A stretch of 64,000 nt of DNA from Lama guanicoe (Eukaryota): contig MU054662.1 in NCBI GenBank assembly GCA_013239625.1, positions 13,877,798 to 13,941,797 of the forward strand, given 5' to 3'. The translations under genes were made by a program, and so were the position numbers. Position 1 is the first letter of the stretch. Every line of letters begins with the position of its first letter. Below the pieces are notes generated by a model. It ran no database searches. It saw only the letters and a list, made by a program, of their open reading frames with translations, and had not been told where the DNA came from. Shown here one piece after another: positions 39,225 to 51,034 of the stretch.

Positions 39225-39449
39225 TTTCCTCTTTCCCAGGAAACTCTGCAATCTCTGCGCAGCGTCCCAGTCTTTCCCAGCCATCGTCACGGCCAGCTCT
39301 TCCGCCAGCTTCTCAGGATGAATTGTCTCCACGTCTAGAATGTGCGTCTGGTCTGGCACCCCCTTCTTTGGCCTCATCAGCTGTGTTTCCAGTTCTGGGG
39401 CTTCTACCTTAATTTCTGGCACTTCTGGGACAGGTCGTGTGCCGTTTCT
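39225..39449 (-). CDS. Candidate 225-nt phase-0/0 internal coding exon of an unidentified gene (RNGTRPVPEVPEIKVEAPELETQLMRPKKGVPDQTHILDVETIHPEKLAEELAVTMAGKDWDAAQRLQSFLGKRK)
   Basis: Acceptor tcctttcag|AGA and donor AAA|gtaagt. The length is divisible by 3 and only this frame is open. The E/K/V-rich composition is unlike the surrounding GC-driven ORFs. The polypyrimidine tract is weak and I recognise no homology. Confidence 0.3.
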
Positions 39450-39467
39450 CTGAAAGGACCCTGAGAT

Positions 39468-39720
39468 CAGCACTTCTCAAACTGTGCTCCATGAAACATG
39501 GAGCAGGGACGTGTGACAGCTCGTTCTACAGTCAGATGACTGGTGGGACCTGTGCAGAGCTGGCTTTTGGGGAGTCACCGTTACATTAATATATTAAACC
39601 CTCCAAAGCACCCTGTGGTCAAGAAGCCAGCTCGCCGACTTTAACCCGATGCCTCGCCAACTCAGCCACAGAGCACCTCCTGGAACGTGTCTTAGCAGTT
39701 TTGAAATGGGGCTCCTCTGA
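39468..39720. mobile_element. MER103-like hAT-Charlie MITE
   Basis: cagcacttctcaaactg...acattaatatattaaaccctccaaagcaccctgtggtcaagaagcc...tttaacccg...cacagagcacc matches the MER103-type pattern. Confidence 0.6.
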
Positions 39721-40821
39721 GAACCTGGAGACACAGCTAAGACCCAGCTCCACAGTCCTGGTTTGAAGGGCAAGTTTGTCTGTGCAGCTCAGTATTTACT
39801 GATCATGTGCTGATTTCCGAAAGACAAAGATGAGAACACACAGTCCTTGCCCAGATGTCGCTTAAATCTGGGGGCGGAAGACAGAGGTACACACGACTGG
39901 CCAGAAAATCAGGCAGAATTCAGTGGCACAATCAAAGCGGATGCAGTGAATTCACACGAAGTGTACTGGGGAGGATTAAAGAGGTGACATTTCCTTTAGA
40001 TCCGAAAAATAAAGAAAATGTCAAAGGGCCTCGGAGGGGCGGTGGGGAGGAGGGTCACTTACAGTTCGGTTTTGGAAGGGGTGCTGAGGCAGATAATTCC
40101 TTCAATAATTCACATATATTGTGGGGTTTTTTTAATTTTCTGAATTAATATTCATTAAACATGCCTTTTCGCCTAATTTCTTCAGGAAGTCTGGTACTCT
40201 GAGTGCAACACCATATTCCAGTTGTAAGACGCCTGAAATTGTAACAAGGATTCACACCGAGCTTCTGGGAGACTGTTTCAACGTTGCCCGAAGTTCTGTT
40301 TTCTTCTTTGATAACTGTTTTCTGTACTGTCTTAAATTACTTCCTACAAGTAGAGCATCTTTAGCTGGCACTTCAGCCAAACCATACCTTTCCTACCCAG
40401 GATCTCAGACACGTTGTTTTTTCAACCCCGCAAAAGGTGACTTTGTATCCCCACTAAATTCAACACTGACACACTCACTCGTGTTCTGGTTCTGCCATCC
40501 AGCACGTCCCGTCTCCCGCCCTGGCCTCTTGTCCTTCCTGATCAAGGGAAGTGTCGGGCAGTATAAGAAGTCGGGGGGCAAATCCAAACTGAAGCTGCTG
40601 TCTCTGCACTGGGAGCAAGAGAGCCTGTGCGAGTCACCCAGCGAGAGAGGGAGGGACACTGTGGGATTCACGGGGGCGATGTGGGCAGCACGTCCCTGGG
40701 CAAGGCCGGAGCTCAGGAGGAAGGTGGACCCTGGCGTGCACGTTGGGGAGGCGTCTCTGGTAACTGACGTCATGCAGGGGGACCCTGGCCCAGGAGAGGG
40801 CACGGAGCACGAAGAGCAGGG

Positions 40822-41800
40822 GAGACAACCCAGTCCAAAAATGGGCAGGAGACCTAAACAAGTAAGTCTCCAAGGGAGACATACAGACGGCCAAGAGGCA
40901 CAGGAAAGGTGCTCAGTATCGCTAATTATCGGGGAAACGCAAATCAAAACTACACTGAGGTATCACCTCCCACCAGCCAGAATGGCCNNNNNNNNNNNNN
41001 NNNNNNNNNNNNNNNNNNNNNNNNNNNNNNNNNNNNNNNNNNNNNNNNNNNNNNNNNNNNNNNNNNNNNNNNNNNNNNNNNNNNNNNNNNNNNNNNNNNN
41101 NNNNNNNNNNNNNNNNNNNNNNNNNNNNTTACCCTACGACCCAGGAGTCCCGCTCCTGGGCATGTATCTGGAAGGAACCCTACTTCAGGATGACACCTGC
41201 ACCCCAATGATCATAGCAGCACTATTTACAATAGCCAAGACACGGAGACAGCCTAAATGTCCATCAACAGATGACTGGATAAAGAAGATGTGGTACACAC
41301 ANNNNNNNNNNNNNNNNNNNNNNNNNNNNNNNNNNNNNNNNNNNNNNNNNNNNNNNNNNNNNNNNNNNNNNNNNNNNNNNNNNNNNNNNNNNNNNNNNNN
41401 NNNNNNNNNNNNNNNNNNNNNNNNNNNNNNNNNNNNNNNNNNNNNNNNNNNNNNNNNNNNNNNNNNNNNNNNGACACTAATGAACTCATCTACAAAACAG
41501 AAACAGACTCACAGACACAGTAAACAATCTTATGGTTACCAGGGGCAAGGGAGTGAGAAGGGATAAATTTGAGAGTTGAGATTAGAAAGTGTTAGCCACT
41601 ATGTATAAAAACAGATTGAAAAAACAAATTTCTTCTGTACAGCACAGGGAACTATATTCAGTATCTTGTAATGACCTTTAATGAAAAAGAATATGAAAAG
41701 GAATATATGTACACATACGTATGACTGGGACACCATGCTGTGTATCAGAAATTGACACATTGTAACCGACTATACTTGAATTAAAAAATAATTTTTCAAC
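40822..41800 (+). mobile_element. Younger 5'-truncated L1 (camelid/cetartiodactyl type): ORF2 C-terminus plus 3' UTR, with two N gaps
   Basis: Translation CSVSLIIGETQIKTTLRYHLPPARMA...LPYDPGVPLLGMY...AALFTIAKTRRQPKCPSTDDWIKKMWY is the L1 ORF2 end. The 3' UTR ends gactatacttgaattaaaaaata. Confidence 0.97.
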
Positions 41801-44439
41801 TTAAAATTATAGAAAAAAAGAGCAGGGGAAGAAGGAAGAATTTCAAGAACTTCTGAACTCAAGGCAGAAGACAGGAGGAGAACCGGAGGAAGAGAGACGG
41901 CGGGGCGTCCTTGCCAGCCCCGGGGCCGAGGTGAGCAGGGTCCCCCAGCTGAACGGGGTAAGGTTTCCGAGGAGCGGCTGATTCAGGATTTGTTTGCTCA
42001 AGTTCATGTCAGTGTTTGGACACAAACGCTTTATGTGGACACGTCCATCATGGGCATTTAATCACACCCCACCCCAGAGCCGCCGGCCCCTCCCTGGGAT
42101 GAGCTCAGGGTCGGAGCTCCTCTCCAGGGCGCCCGCTGCCCTCGCTGGCAGGGACAGTCCCAGCAGACGCAGCGTGGGGGCCAGACTTCGATGTGCCCCC
42201 ACATCAGGTCACCTTCTCCCCCTGCCTCCAGCTGCCAGATGATTCTGGGAGGCGGATGGGGGGTGGTGTACTGGCTTGACTTTCTGCCTTGGCCCCTTAC
42301 ACACAGTCTACCCCGACCCGACATGAGCACAGTGCTCGTTAATCAGCTCTGGCCACCAGTTAACGTCCCGCTGTGTGGATGTCGCGCATTTATAGCTTCT
42401 GAGTCTGTCAGCGAAAGGTCTGGCAAATGATCTTGGCAGGAAGGGCGGGGAGCACCCGAATCCTGAGCGGCCCAAGGCACCCACGCATGCAGCCAGCGTG
42501 TCTGGTCTCTCGTGCGACGGGGGGGGGTGGCCAGAGCAGCCCGCCGTGTCCTCCTGCTCGCCCCGCCCCTGGCCAACCCCCACCCAGATGGACTGGAGTC
42601 GACACTCCTCCATCCTTCTGGCCTGAGGTCGCCAGTCCCCTCGTCTCGTCCCGGCAGCTGGCCAGGGAAGAAAAAGGCCTGATGTACTGCTCCTGGCAGC
42701 CTCTGGGCTGGACAGGGCTGGGCATGTCTGTAAACCCAGGCCCGTGGCTGACGAGTAAGACACACACTCGGATTCGCCCCTCAGTAAGTGTCTCCCAGCC
42801 TTGAAGCCTGCTGGCTGCAGTCTTCAGGGCAGCACTGATCCAGCGGGTAGCAGGGCCTGTGTCTCCCGCCTGTCTCGTCCCGGTCAACGTCCTGTCGCCC
42901 TCTCCACCCAGCCCGACCCAGAGGGGCCTCCGCGGGGGGAGGAGGGCATCACTCCAGATTTACCCCCCAGCGTGTGAAAGGAGCTCTGCAACTGCACTGG
43001 AACCTGCTCCCCGGCGGCTTGTCCTGACCCTCTGCTATGCTGGGTGACTTCCTTTGCTTTGGAGCTGGAGCCCAGGTCACAGGGGAACACCAGGGACCCT
43101 CGGGAGCCCTTAGCACGACTCGCCTGGAACGCAGGTGCTGAGTGTCTTCTCTCCGCCATCCCCCTCCCGTGTCCCACTCTCCCACCTTAGTTACCCCGGC
43201 AGCCTCCCCGTCGCCCGGCCCTGCGCCACGTCCACCCTCCGCCTCCGTCCTGCACCTCCTCTCTCTGCTGCTCCCTGAGCCGTGCGCCGCCTCCACCTGC
43301 CGCCATCCCACTTCAGACTCTGGACACGTCCTGTCCAGACCACGGCGAGAGCTCATCAGTGACCTCATCTCTCCAGCCCCCCAGTGACTGTGAGAATCCC
43401 TGCTCCTTCCAAATACAGACGGCAGTGGCACTGTGACCCCACGTCCCTCAGCCAGGCAGCAGGGGGCAGAGTCCGCGCCCGCGGGCAGACGGGCCCGAGG
43501 CTCCCGCACAGAAGGTACGCGTGGTTGGGGCCCCGGGGGAGCCTCACCTGCTCTGAAAGGAACGACCCGCCCCCTGGGCGTCTCCCGGGTGTCCTGAGGG
43601 GGAAAGACTGGAGCCTGTGGTCAGCCGGCCCAAGTGCCCAGCTGCCCAGCCCTGCGACTGAATCCACAGCAACGTGTCTGCTTTCTGGGGAGACTCTGGA
43701 CAGAATTTTTCCGACGGCCCTGTACATAACACACCTGCCAAAGGCCGTTGTGCTGAGGAAGCCAAGGCCCCGCCGTGAGCTGCCGCTTCCCGCGCCACCC
43801 CCACCCCCGGGCCGAGGGCCAGAGGAGGCAGGGACTGCTGGCCTCCTGGAGACTCTGGCCTTGGGGTGACAGCGCCACGTCTCCCTCGAGAGTTGGCAAG
43901 AAGAGGCTGAGCAGGGCCGACCACGCCCGGGGCGAAATGAAGGGCCGCTCTCTCGGGTGGTCTTCCTCCCTTCAGACCCAGAGGCTCCGACTGACCGCAT
44001 GCTGGTTTCTCTTCATTTGCTTGCCTTCCTGTGACCCCGGCTCTGCCCCTCAGAGGGCCTCTGCTCCCAAGCCTCTCCCCACACCTCGCAGCGCGAGCAC
44101 CACCAGACCCGCCTGGAGAGCAGACGGGCTCTCTGGACGCGACTCCGCGTCCCGCACACCCCTGCACGGCTGCCCCCACCCCTCTCTGTCCGGGCGACGG
44201 GACCCCTCCCAGGACAGCAGGTCGACCGAGTCCGTCCCCGAGGCTCCCCGTCACAGGCTGCCCCGGCAGGACCAGAGCCACCGCCCCCGGAGGGTCTGAA
44301 GACCCAGCCTCGGACAGGCCCGGGGCCGGGGAGACGGAGCAAAGCGCTGCCTCAGAAGGGAAGTGGGCCCTACAGGAGGCCGCCCCCCAGGAGGGCCGCA
44401 GGCTGCCTCCCGGGCTCCCCGCGCGCCCGCTTCGGCCCT

Positions 44440-44823
44440 CCTCACTGCGGGAGGGAGGACCGCGGGTCTGGCAACGAGTGAGGAAGGGGGACGGGGGTGT
44501 GAAGCAGAGAAGCCACGGACTGCCACCCTCTCCACACTGGACAGCTGGCTCGGGAAGCCCACGCAGAGGCCCCGTGTGTTGAGGAGCCAGGCTCTCAGTC
44601 AGTGGCCCCTGGGAGTGCGGCCCTGGGTCCACAGGCCTGGCCTGGGCACGGGCGGCTGCAGCCGCAACTGGCGTGTTCACGGCGAGGTCTCCGGAGAGTC
44701 CGAGCCAGAAGCGCCCAGAGAAGTGCTCCGATCCTCACCCACAGAACCCGCGACCATCAGTGTTGGCTGCTCATTCCACTAAGTTTGGGGGGATTTGTTG
44801 TGCAGCAGTAATCAGCTGATGCA
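44440..44823 (+). mobile_element. MLT1-family (ERVL-MaLR) solo LTR, 3' part
   Basis: cgagccagaagcgcccag...cctcacccacagaacccgcga...ccactaagtttggggggatttgttgtgcagcagtaatcagctgatgca is the MLT1 3' end. Confidence 0.75.
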
Positions 44824-46854
44824 CTCAGCTGCGTGTGTGCTGCCTTCCGAGGAGGCAGGAGCTGCATGTCCGCTCCTTTGATCACCCGGACGACCAAGTC
44901 CAGGCTGAGAAGGAAACTCCAGCCCGCTTTCCCAGCCTCAGCATCAGGAAGGGCGGGGCCACCGCGTCCCAGCCCCACGGGGGCGCCTTCACAAGCCTGA
45001 GGACCTTCAGTCCTCCCAGCAACCTCCACGTGCCCGGGGAGGAAGCTGAGGGTGGGGAGGTGACTGGTTAGCCCACTGATGACACGCACAGAGGTCACCG
45101 AGCCCCGTCCCCGAATCAGATCAGCAGCACCAGGCACCACCCCGGCCGAGAAGGGCCATCCTCTGTCTCGTGACATGTTATGATCTCTGTCTTCCGCAAC
45201 AGGCCCAGTCCTCTAGGCAGGATGGAGAAGAGGCTGGAGCAGCAGGAACTTGGCTCCGGAAAGCGGTTACGAAGCAGAATCCAGATGTTTCCTTTCCTTC
45301 TCTCTTGAAGCTGCAGATCAGGCAGCAGCTTGCAACGCGTGGGGTGGCCCCGCTGAAGAAATTCGAAACGTCGCTTCAAGGACCTAACCCACAACTCATC
45401 CTAAACCAGCACAAGAAACTCCCATTAGACGGGGAGGCGAGTGTGTGTTAATGAGCTGAAGTGTGAGAACACGCCGAAGCGTGAATACAGCCCTGCGCGC
45501 GGGGCGAGTGGAGCAATTAGCCAGCTTACCACTGTTACAACGCCGTGAACTCAACGTAATTCCGAAAGGCCAGCCCAGGCTGTTCCTTCCTTTTCCTAAC
45601 TTCTTTTTACATTTTCAGAACTACACTTTAATTAGCCGGACATTTAAACTAGCGGATGGAGTCTTAATTAGCGGAAGAAATAGACTTTGGTTGGAGGGGT
45701 AAGTAAAACAAACAAGTGCACTTCTCCTTCCGAGAGCAGCCTGCTCGTGGGGCCTTTAATAGCCTGGGGCGCCATGAGCAGTTTGAGGGAAGACAAGTAA
45801 CTGAATCAGAAGACATGCAGGCCAGCTCCCAGCTCCAAGGAACTCGTTTTTCCTCTTTCTCCCTCAAAAGGGCTCCCTCTGCCCTGACCCTGGTGGGTCT
45901 CCACGCTCCCAGAACAAGCAGGGTCTCTCTAGACGTGGCTGGGTGTTTCCCACAATCACAGTTTCTTGTAAATGGTTTGTCCACACGCGGCTTCCAGTCT
46001 CCTGCTTCCGCCTTCCCTCTGAGACGTCCTCTTAATTAAGTGGGTCCAGGAAGGAGCCTAACACATCAGGATGAAGCAGTGGCTGGTCGGCAGGTACCGG
46101 CCCCCACCACCCCGCGGCCCGGGCCCCTTGCAGAATGATCCGGCTGCTCCTCGCACCGGGTCTGCACCAGCAGGGCCACGAGCAGAACCACGTGGACATT
46201 CAGGGGTCCCGCAGAGCAGACAGGAGCCCTGGAGGCCACGGTGGTCCCGCTGCCTACCACATCCCATCCGAGGAGGCTGAGGTTCAGGACGACGAAGGGC
46301 TTTTTCTAGGCTGGCCAGGGAGGCGGCCCCCTCCGTTCAGACGTTCTGGCCTCAGTCTGTGCTCTGCACCACCCTGCATCAGCCGCCCTTCAAGCACGTG
46401 GCTCAGGTTTCTGGGACAATTTCTAAGAAGGGACTCATCGTGGCTTACGTGTGAGGCAGGATTCAGGCTTGGGTGCCCCGAGCCCTGGGGGGCTCCCCCA
46501 ACTCTGCCCCACCTCCACTCGGGAACCGGCCGATGACTGGGGAGGCCGGAGGCCGGCCCCTGAGCCGACGGCAGGGATCACAGACCTGCAGGATGGGCGA
46601 GGGGGGACAAGCACAGGAGTCAGGAAACCTGCGTCCCCACCCGACGTCTGCTGCAGCCAGGGCGGCTCCAGCCGGATGGACGGCCGGGAGGGACAGATGA
46701 CTGGGAGGGATGGACAGCCGGGAGGGCCGGCCGGCCGGGAGGACGGCCCCTCTGCACGTCCCCAGGGCTCTCCCACGAGACGTCACCCGACAGCCGCTCC
46801 AGATGCGCGTGTGTGGGAGGGTAATCAGCCCCTCTGAGCCACCCGCTTCGGTGT

Positions 46855-47040
46855 TTGTGTTTATTCAGTAAATATTTACTCAGTGCTTGCTGTATTCCAA
46901 GCACTTCCCTGGAGAGAAACTCGGGGTGAATGCGACACTCAAGGTCCCTGTCTGCAGGGCGCACGGCCTGAGGAAGACGTGGACAGTGGGACAAGCACTC
47001 AGCGTGACACACCGTGAAGAGGGCCCCGCGTGAAGCCGAA
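46855..47040 (-). mobile_element. L2 3' end
   Basis: ttattcagtaaatatttactcagtgcttgctgtattccaagcact...ggtgaatgcgacactcaaggtccctgtc. Confidence 0.75.
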
Positions 47041-47094
47041 GGGCTGGCTCGGGAGCGTGGTCAGGGCAGACCGGCCGGGGCCCGGGCTTCGGAG

Positions 47095-47265
47095 GACGCG
47101 CACGGGTTAAGTGAGGTCCTGCTGTGCACACAGGGCTGCAGCCAACACCCTGTGGTAAAGCGTGTGGGAAAGAGCAGAAAAAGAGCACGAGGAATCGCCA
47201 CGCTGAATGCCAGAAACGAAGGCGACACTGTAAGTCACCTGGACTTCAGTAAGAACATTTTCTGA
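47095..47265 (+). mobile_element. Short L1 3' UTR tail, strongly GC-shifted
   Basis: ggtcctgctgtgcacacaggg...ggaaagagcagaaaaagag...ccagaaacgaaggcgacactgtaagtcacctggacttcagtaag aligns by eye with the L1 tails at 7115-7265 and 41630-41785. Confidence 0.7.
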
Positions 47266-48179
47266 AAAGGAAGAAAAACGCCCGAATCTCAGGGGCGCTT
47301 CTCCGGGGGAGGGGTTCCGGGCACAGGAGCAGCTCTGCGGGTTGGCGGGGGGCACGGCGACGGCCGGCAGGGTGGGCGGAGGAGGCCGGGGCCGGAGGGC
47401 CGGACGCGCGTGCGCCCCAGACCCCGTCCTCGGCTCTGACTCAGGGTCTCAGGGAACGGCCACAGGCGCACTTGCCCCGTAAGACGGCGGGGAGGCCTCC
47501 TCCCCCGGACCAAGCCGCCTCGGGTCATGACTGACACGGAGCGGGCGCCCAGGACCATGATTACAACGGAAACTGCAACCATACTCATCACACCGTGACA
47601 ACGGCTGAGAAGAGGGCTCTGTGCAGCTCAGGGAGTCTCACCTGGAGGAGCTGCTACGTACTCCGAGTTCCCGCCACTTGTCTGTTTGCCAGTGTGACCC
47701 TCATCATACACCTGGGAAGTGGACGAGTTCGAGAGCTATTGCAAAGGGGGGCACACCCCTCACTCCTGGCCCTGGAAGTCGGGGGCCACAGTGCACTGGG
47801 CCCACGAGAGTCCTGGATAGGCCACCTCGTCGCAACAACTCTGGGGGACGATTAGTGACGAGGAGAAGTGTCTCCTTCAAGAGAATGGATGACACAACCG
47901 AAGTCAGAAGAGAAGGGCTGCGCAGCCAGGGGCGCTGACCGCCCACACCTGCGGGAACAAGCAGACGGGCTCCTCCTGGAGAGAGCGCTGTCGGCGGATT
48001 CCAACCCTCTGCTCTGCCCTGGGATCAGTTCGTTAAATTCCAGTACCTGTTACACGTCTTCCTTACTAAGGTGCCTCTTTAATTAAGTGACTGCATAATG
48101 ACAGCTTTTACCCTAGATTATGAGGCTAACGTGACAGTAACTGTGGATGACTTTAGACACTTGAAGAGATGAAAACTCA

Positions 48180-48428
48180 AAACTTATTGAGACTTTGTTA
48201 TGTGCCAGGCATCGTGCTAAGCGTTTAGATGTACTGGTTTTCATTTGGCCTCACAGAGCGCACGTATGGCAGGTGTTTTTTTTGTTTCCCAATCATCCCT
48301 GTGGTACAGATGAGAAAACTGAGGCCCACAGAGGGCAAAGGTCACCTAGCACATAACAAGTGTGGGGCCAGAATGGAATCCTGAACTCTGGCCCCAGCAC
48401 ATAGCTGTCTACCACTTTGCCACACTGC
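48180..48428 (-). mobile_element. MIR SINE, near full length
   Basis: ttattgagactttgttatgtgccaggcatcgtgctaagcgttt...tacagatgagaaaactgaggcccacagaggg...ctaccactttgccacactg. Confidence 0.9.
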
Positions 48429-48652
48429 TGGTGACCCCCCAGGAAACGGGGAGGGTCTGCACTGCCACAAACGCTGCACTGATGGAGCAGGCCTCCAGGG
48501 GAGTGACCTTGTCCAAGGTGCTCCTGTCGAAATTCCTACCCCTGATGGTAAAACCCACCAAAAACATTCATTTGTAAAATGTAGGTAAGGAAGAGGGAAC
48601 CAGCTCAACATCACACTGAGGGATCGCCGACTATGAACCTTCCTGGAACCAG

Positions 48653-48973
48653 CAGGTGTGCGGTGAGACAGGTGTGCAGAGATAGGTGTGCAGAGAGACA
48701 GGTGTGTATTGAGACAGGTGTGCAGAGGGACAGGTGTGTATTGAGACAGGTGTGCAGAGATAGGTGTGCAGAGGGACAGGTGTGCAGAGGGACAGGTGTG
48801 CAGTGAGACAAGTGTGCAGACAGGTGTGTAGTGAGACAGGTGTGCAGAGATAAGTGTGCAGAGGGACAGGTGTGCAGAGACAGGTGTGCAGAGGGACAGG
48901 TGTGCAGAGGGACAGGTGTGCGGTGAGACAGGTGTGCAGAGACAGGTGTGCAGAGGGACAGGTGTGCAGAGAC
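48653..48973. repeat. Minisatellite/VNTR: 21 units of 12-16 bp, core AGGTGTG (consensus caggtgtgcagaggga)
   Basis: Counted by hand: 19 AGGTGTG and 2 AAGTGTG cores, with 17 intact CAGGTG E-boxes. Confidence 0.97.
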
Positions 48974-51034
48974 ACAGGACACAGAGCGCAGGGATCAGAT
49001 GACGTGGGCCCCAGTCCAGCTGCCGGGCCCGGCCCCACCGTCCGCTGGCTGCGCCCTTGGACTCATCAGCAAACCCTTTCAGCACTGCTCTCCTCCTAGA
49101 CAGCACACAGCTGAAAGCCATCTTGGGAGATTTTCATCAGAACTGAAATCAAATGATTTATGCATTTAGTGTAGAATCTAAATAAAATAGATGCTCAAAA
49201 ATGGTGATTATTGCCATCATTAGATGCATTTCACTACACTGCAGATCGACTTCGCTTGCGGCTCAGCCCCCACGTCTGAATAAATGACCACAAGACCGTC
49301 GTCCTCTCCCTCCAGTGCTGTTCCGGGGACAGCATTTCAGGGCCTGTGTGTCTGTGGTCCAGGACGACCCAGGGGCCCAGCACACGGTAAACACAGCTGT
49401 TACTGATGGATGAATAAGGACGCCTGTCCCAGCAGAACCCAGGCCACGTCCGCGTGTCTGGTATTGCATTTAAGGCCCGGTCAGAGCAGGAGGCAGCTGA
49501 CGTCCTCACCGAGCATCTTCCTTTCTTAACCTGGAGTAGGAACAGCCCTGGCCGCCCCGCTGCCCCGGGGGCAGGAGTGAGGTGCCCCCATCACGCCGTG
49601 AACCTGAGAAACTGGAAGCTTCTAGTGCTTCCTCCAGACGCAGGGATCTGCCTCTGGAGGGTCATGACGAGCCCACCTGTGCGTTTGCCGACAACACGAG
49701 GCAGCCGCGAGTCAGAAGGAAAAGAAGTATCAAAATCTGCGACAAAGGTCCCTACAGCGAAGCAGCCGGGGCCCAGCCGAGGGGCGAGGGGAGAAGCAGG
49801 GACACCCTTGGCCTTCACTGGATCAAGACAAGACTTCCCGGAAGGGCCGAGACCTGGGGAGGTCCTGGGGGTGGAGGTCAGCACGCAGCACAGATTACAT
49901 GGGGGGATGTCATCCCGAACGTTCAGGGCAGTTTGGGAAAGGATCGGGACCAAACAAGGGGACTGAACGCAAGAAGCTCCCCCTCTATTCCCCGCCCTCA
50001 TGTTCCCCGGGAATTAGCCAATAGGAGGAAAAGCTCTTCCAACCGCAGGTCCCCCCAGTTCCACTCTGGCCAGGCAACAGCAGAGAGCAATAAAACTGTA
50101 ATGGCTCCCAGTGGGTCGATTCTGCAAGAAGGAAAGTGCGATGAATCTCACCGATGCTTACGTGCAGCTTAAAAACAAACGGCTCCAATCACACTTAGCA
50201 GAGCCAGCCGATTTCCCCAGCACGGGGGTGCAGCCTGGGAAGGTTTACCCACTGGCGGGACCTGCGCAAGGAGAAGTCTAGGGAAGAGAGAGGGGAGGAG
50301 AGGTCAGGCGCAGGATGAATGACAATGACTCTGTGATGGATGGTGTGATGCCAAGGCGCAGCGTGCACGTGGCCGTCCTGCCGAGCCACCGTGGACAGGG
50401 CGGCCTGGGGGATCACCCCGCAGTGAGACGTGCCCGTGGAGACACATCGCTGGCTCTCTGCCTGCTTCTCCAAGCCCACGGGAGACCCGCCTGGGGTCGC
50501 GCTTGGTCTCCCAGTAGCTCCGAGCATCTTACGACCCTGTGACAGACGCACGACACACAACGCAGTTCCTTGTCAGCGGTTGTCCTCCGCGAGCCCCAGA
50601 CACACCGGAAGCAGAACACCTTCTCCCAGCAGAACGCGTGCTGTCTCTCCACGACGCTCCCCCGGCCCCTCAGCTCCACACAACCGGCTCCTGTTGAACC
50701 CTCAGCCCTCACCACCCGGAGCGCCCTGCAGGACCACACAGCCACCACCCCCATCCAAAAGCAGGGTGTGTTCCAGTGATGCACTTTGTCGGGAAAAAGC
50801 GTGTTGAAGAAGATATGACGTCAGTCCCAAATCTACAGAATGAACTGCGATGCGCTCTCAGGAATGCAGTTACCACGCTGTCCTTAGCAGTAACCACACA
50901 GACGGCAAGGACCACCATGCGTCAGACCCGGGGCTGAAGTTCTAAACGCACCAGGTCACTTGGCGCCCAAGACAGTCTGAGGCTCAAGGAGGCTCCTAGA
51001 AGCAGAGAACCAGGAGGTGGCCGCCCCGGAGAGG

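Noticed and set aside
40481-41566. 361-aa ORF as a host-L1 fusion gene
   Set aside because: It stays open partly by reading through N gaps. The recognisable part is a frameshifted, truncated L1 ORF2 end.
43456-43469. Additional CTCF-like matches (gcagcagggggcag; also near 18160 and 47920)
   Set aside because: Mismatches at informative positions, and such matches are frequent in GC-rich DNA.
43544-44680. 378-aa minus-strand ORF, the longest in the track
   Set aside because: G/P/R/A/S-dominated composition expected from very high GC, no recognisable domain, long ORFs overlap in other frames, and it starts inside an MLT1 LTR.
48653-48973. CRISPR-like repeat-spacer appearance
   Set aside because: The DNA is eukaryotic, the core is only 7 bp, the 5-9 bp spacers are non-unique, and there are no cas genes.
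48342-49121. His/Cys-rich repetitive ORFs (HLSLCTP / LHTC) resembling zinc-binding proteins
   Set aside because: These are translations of the minisatellite. Unit lengths of 14 and 16 nt shift the frame constantly.
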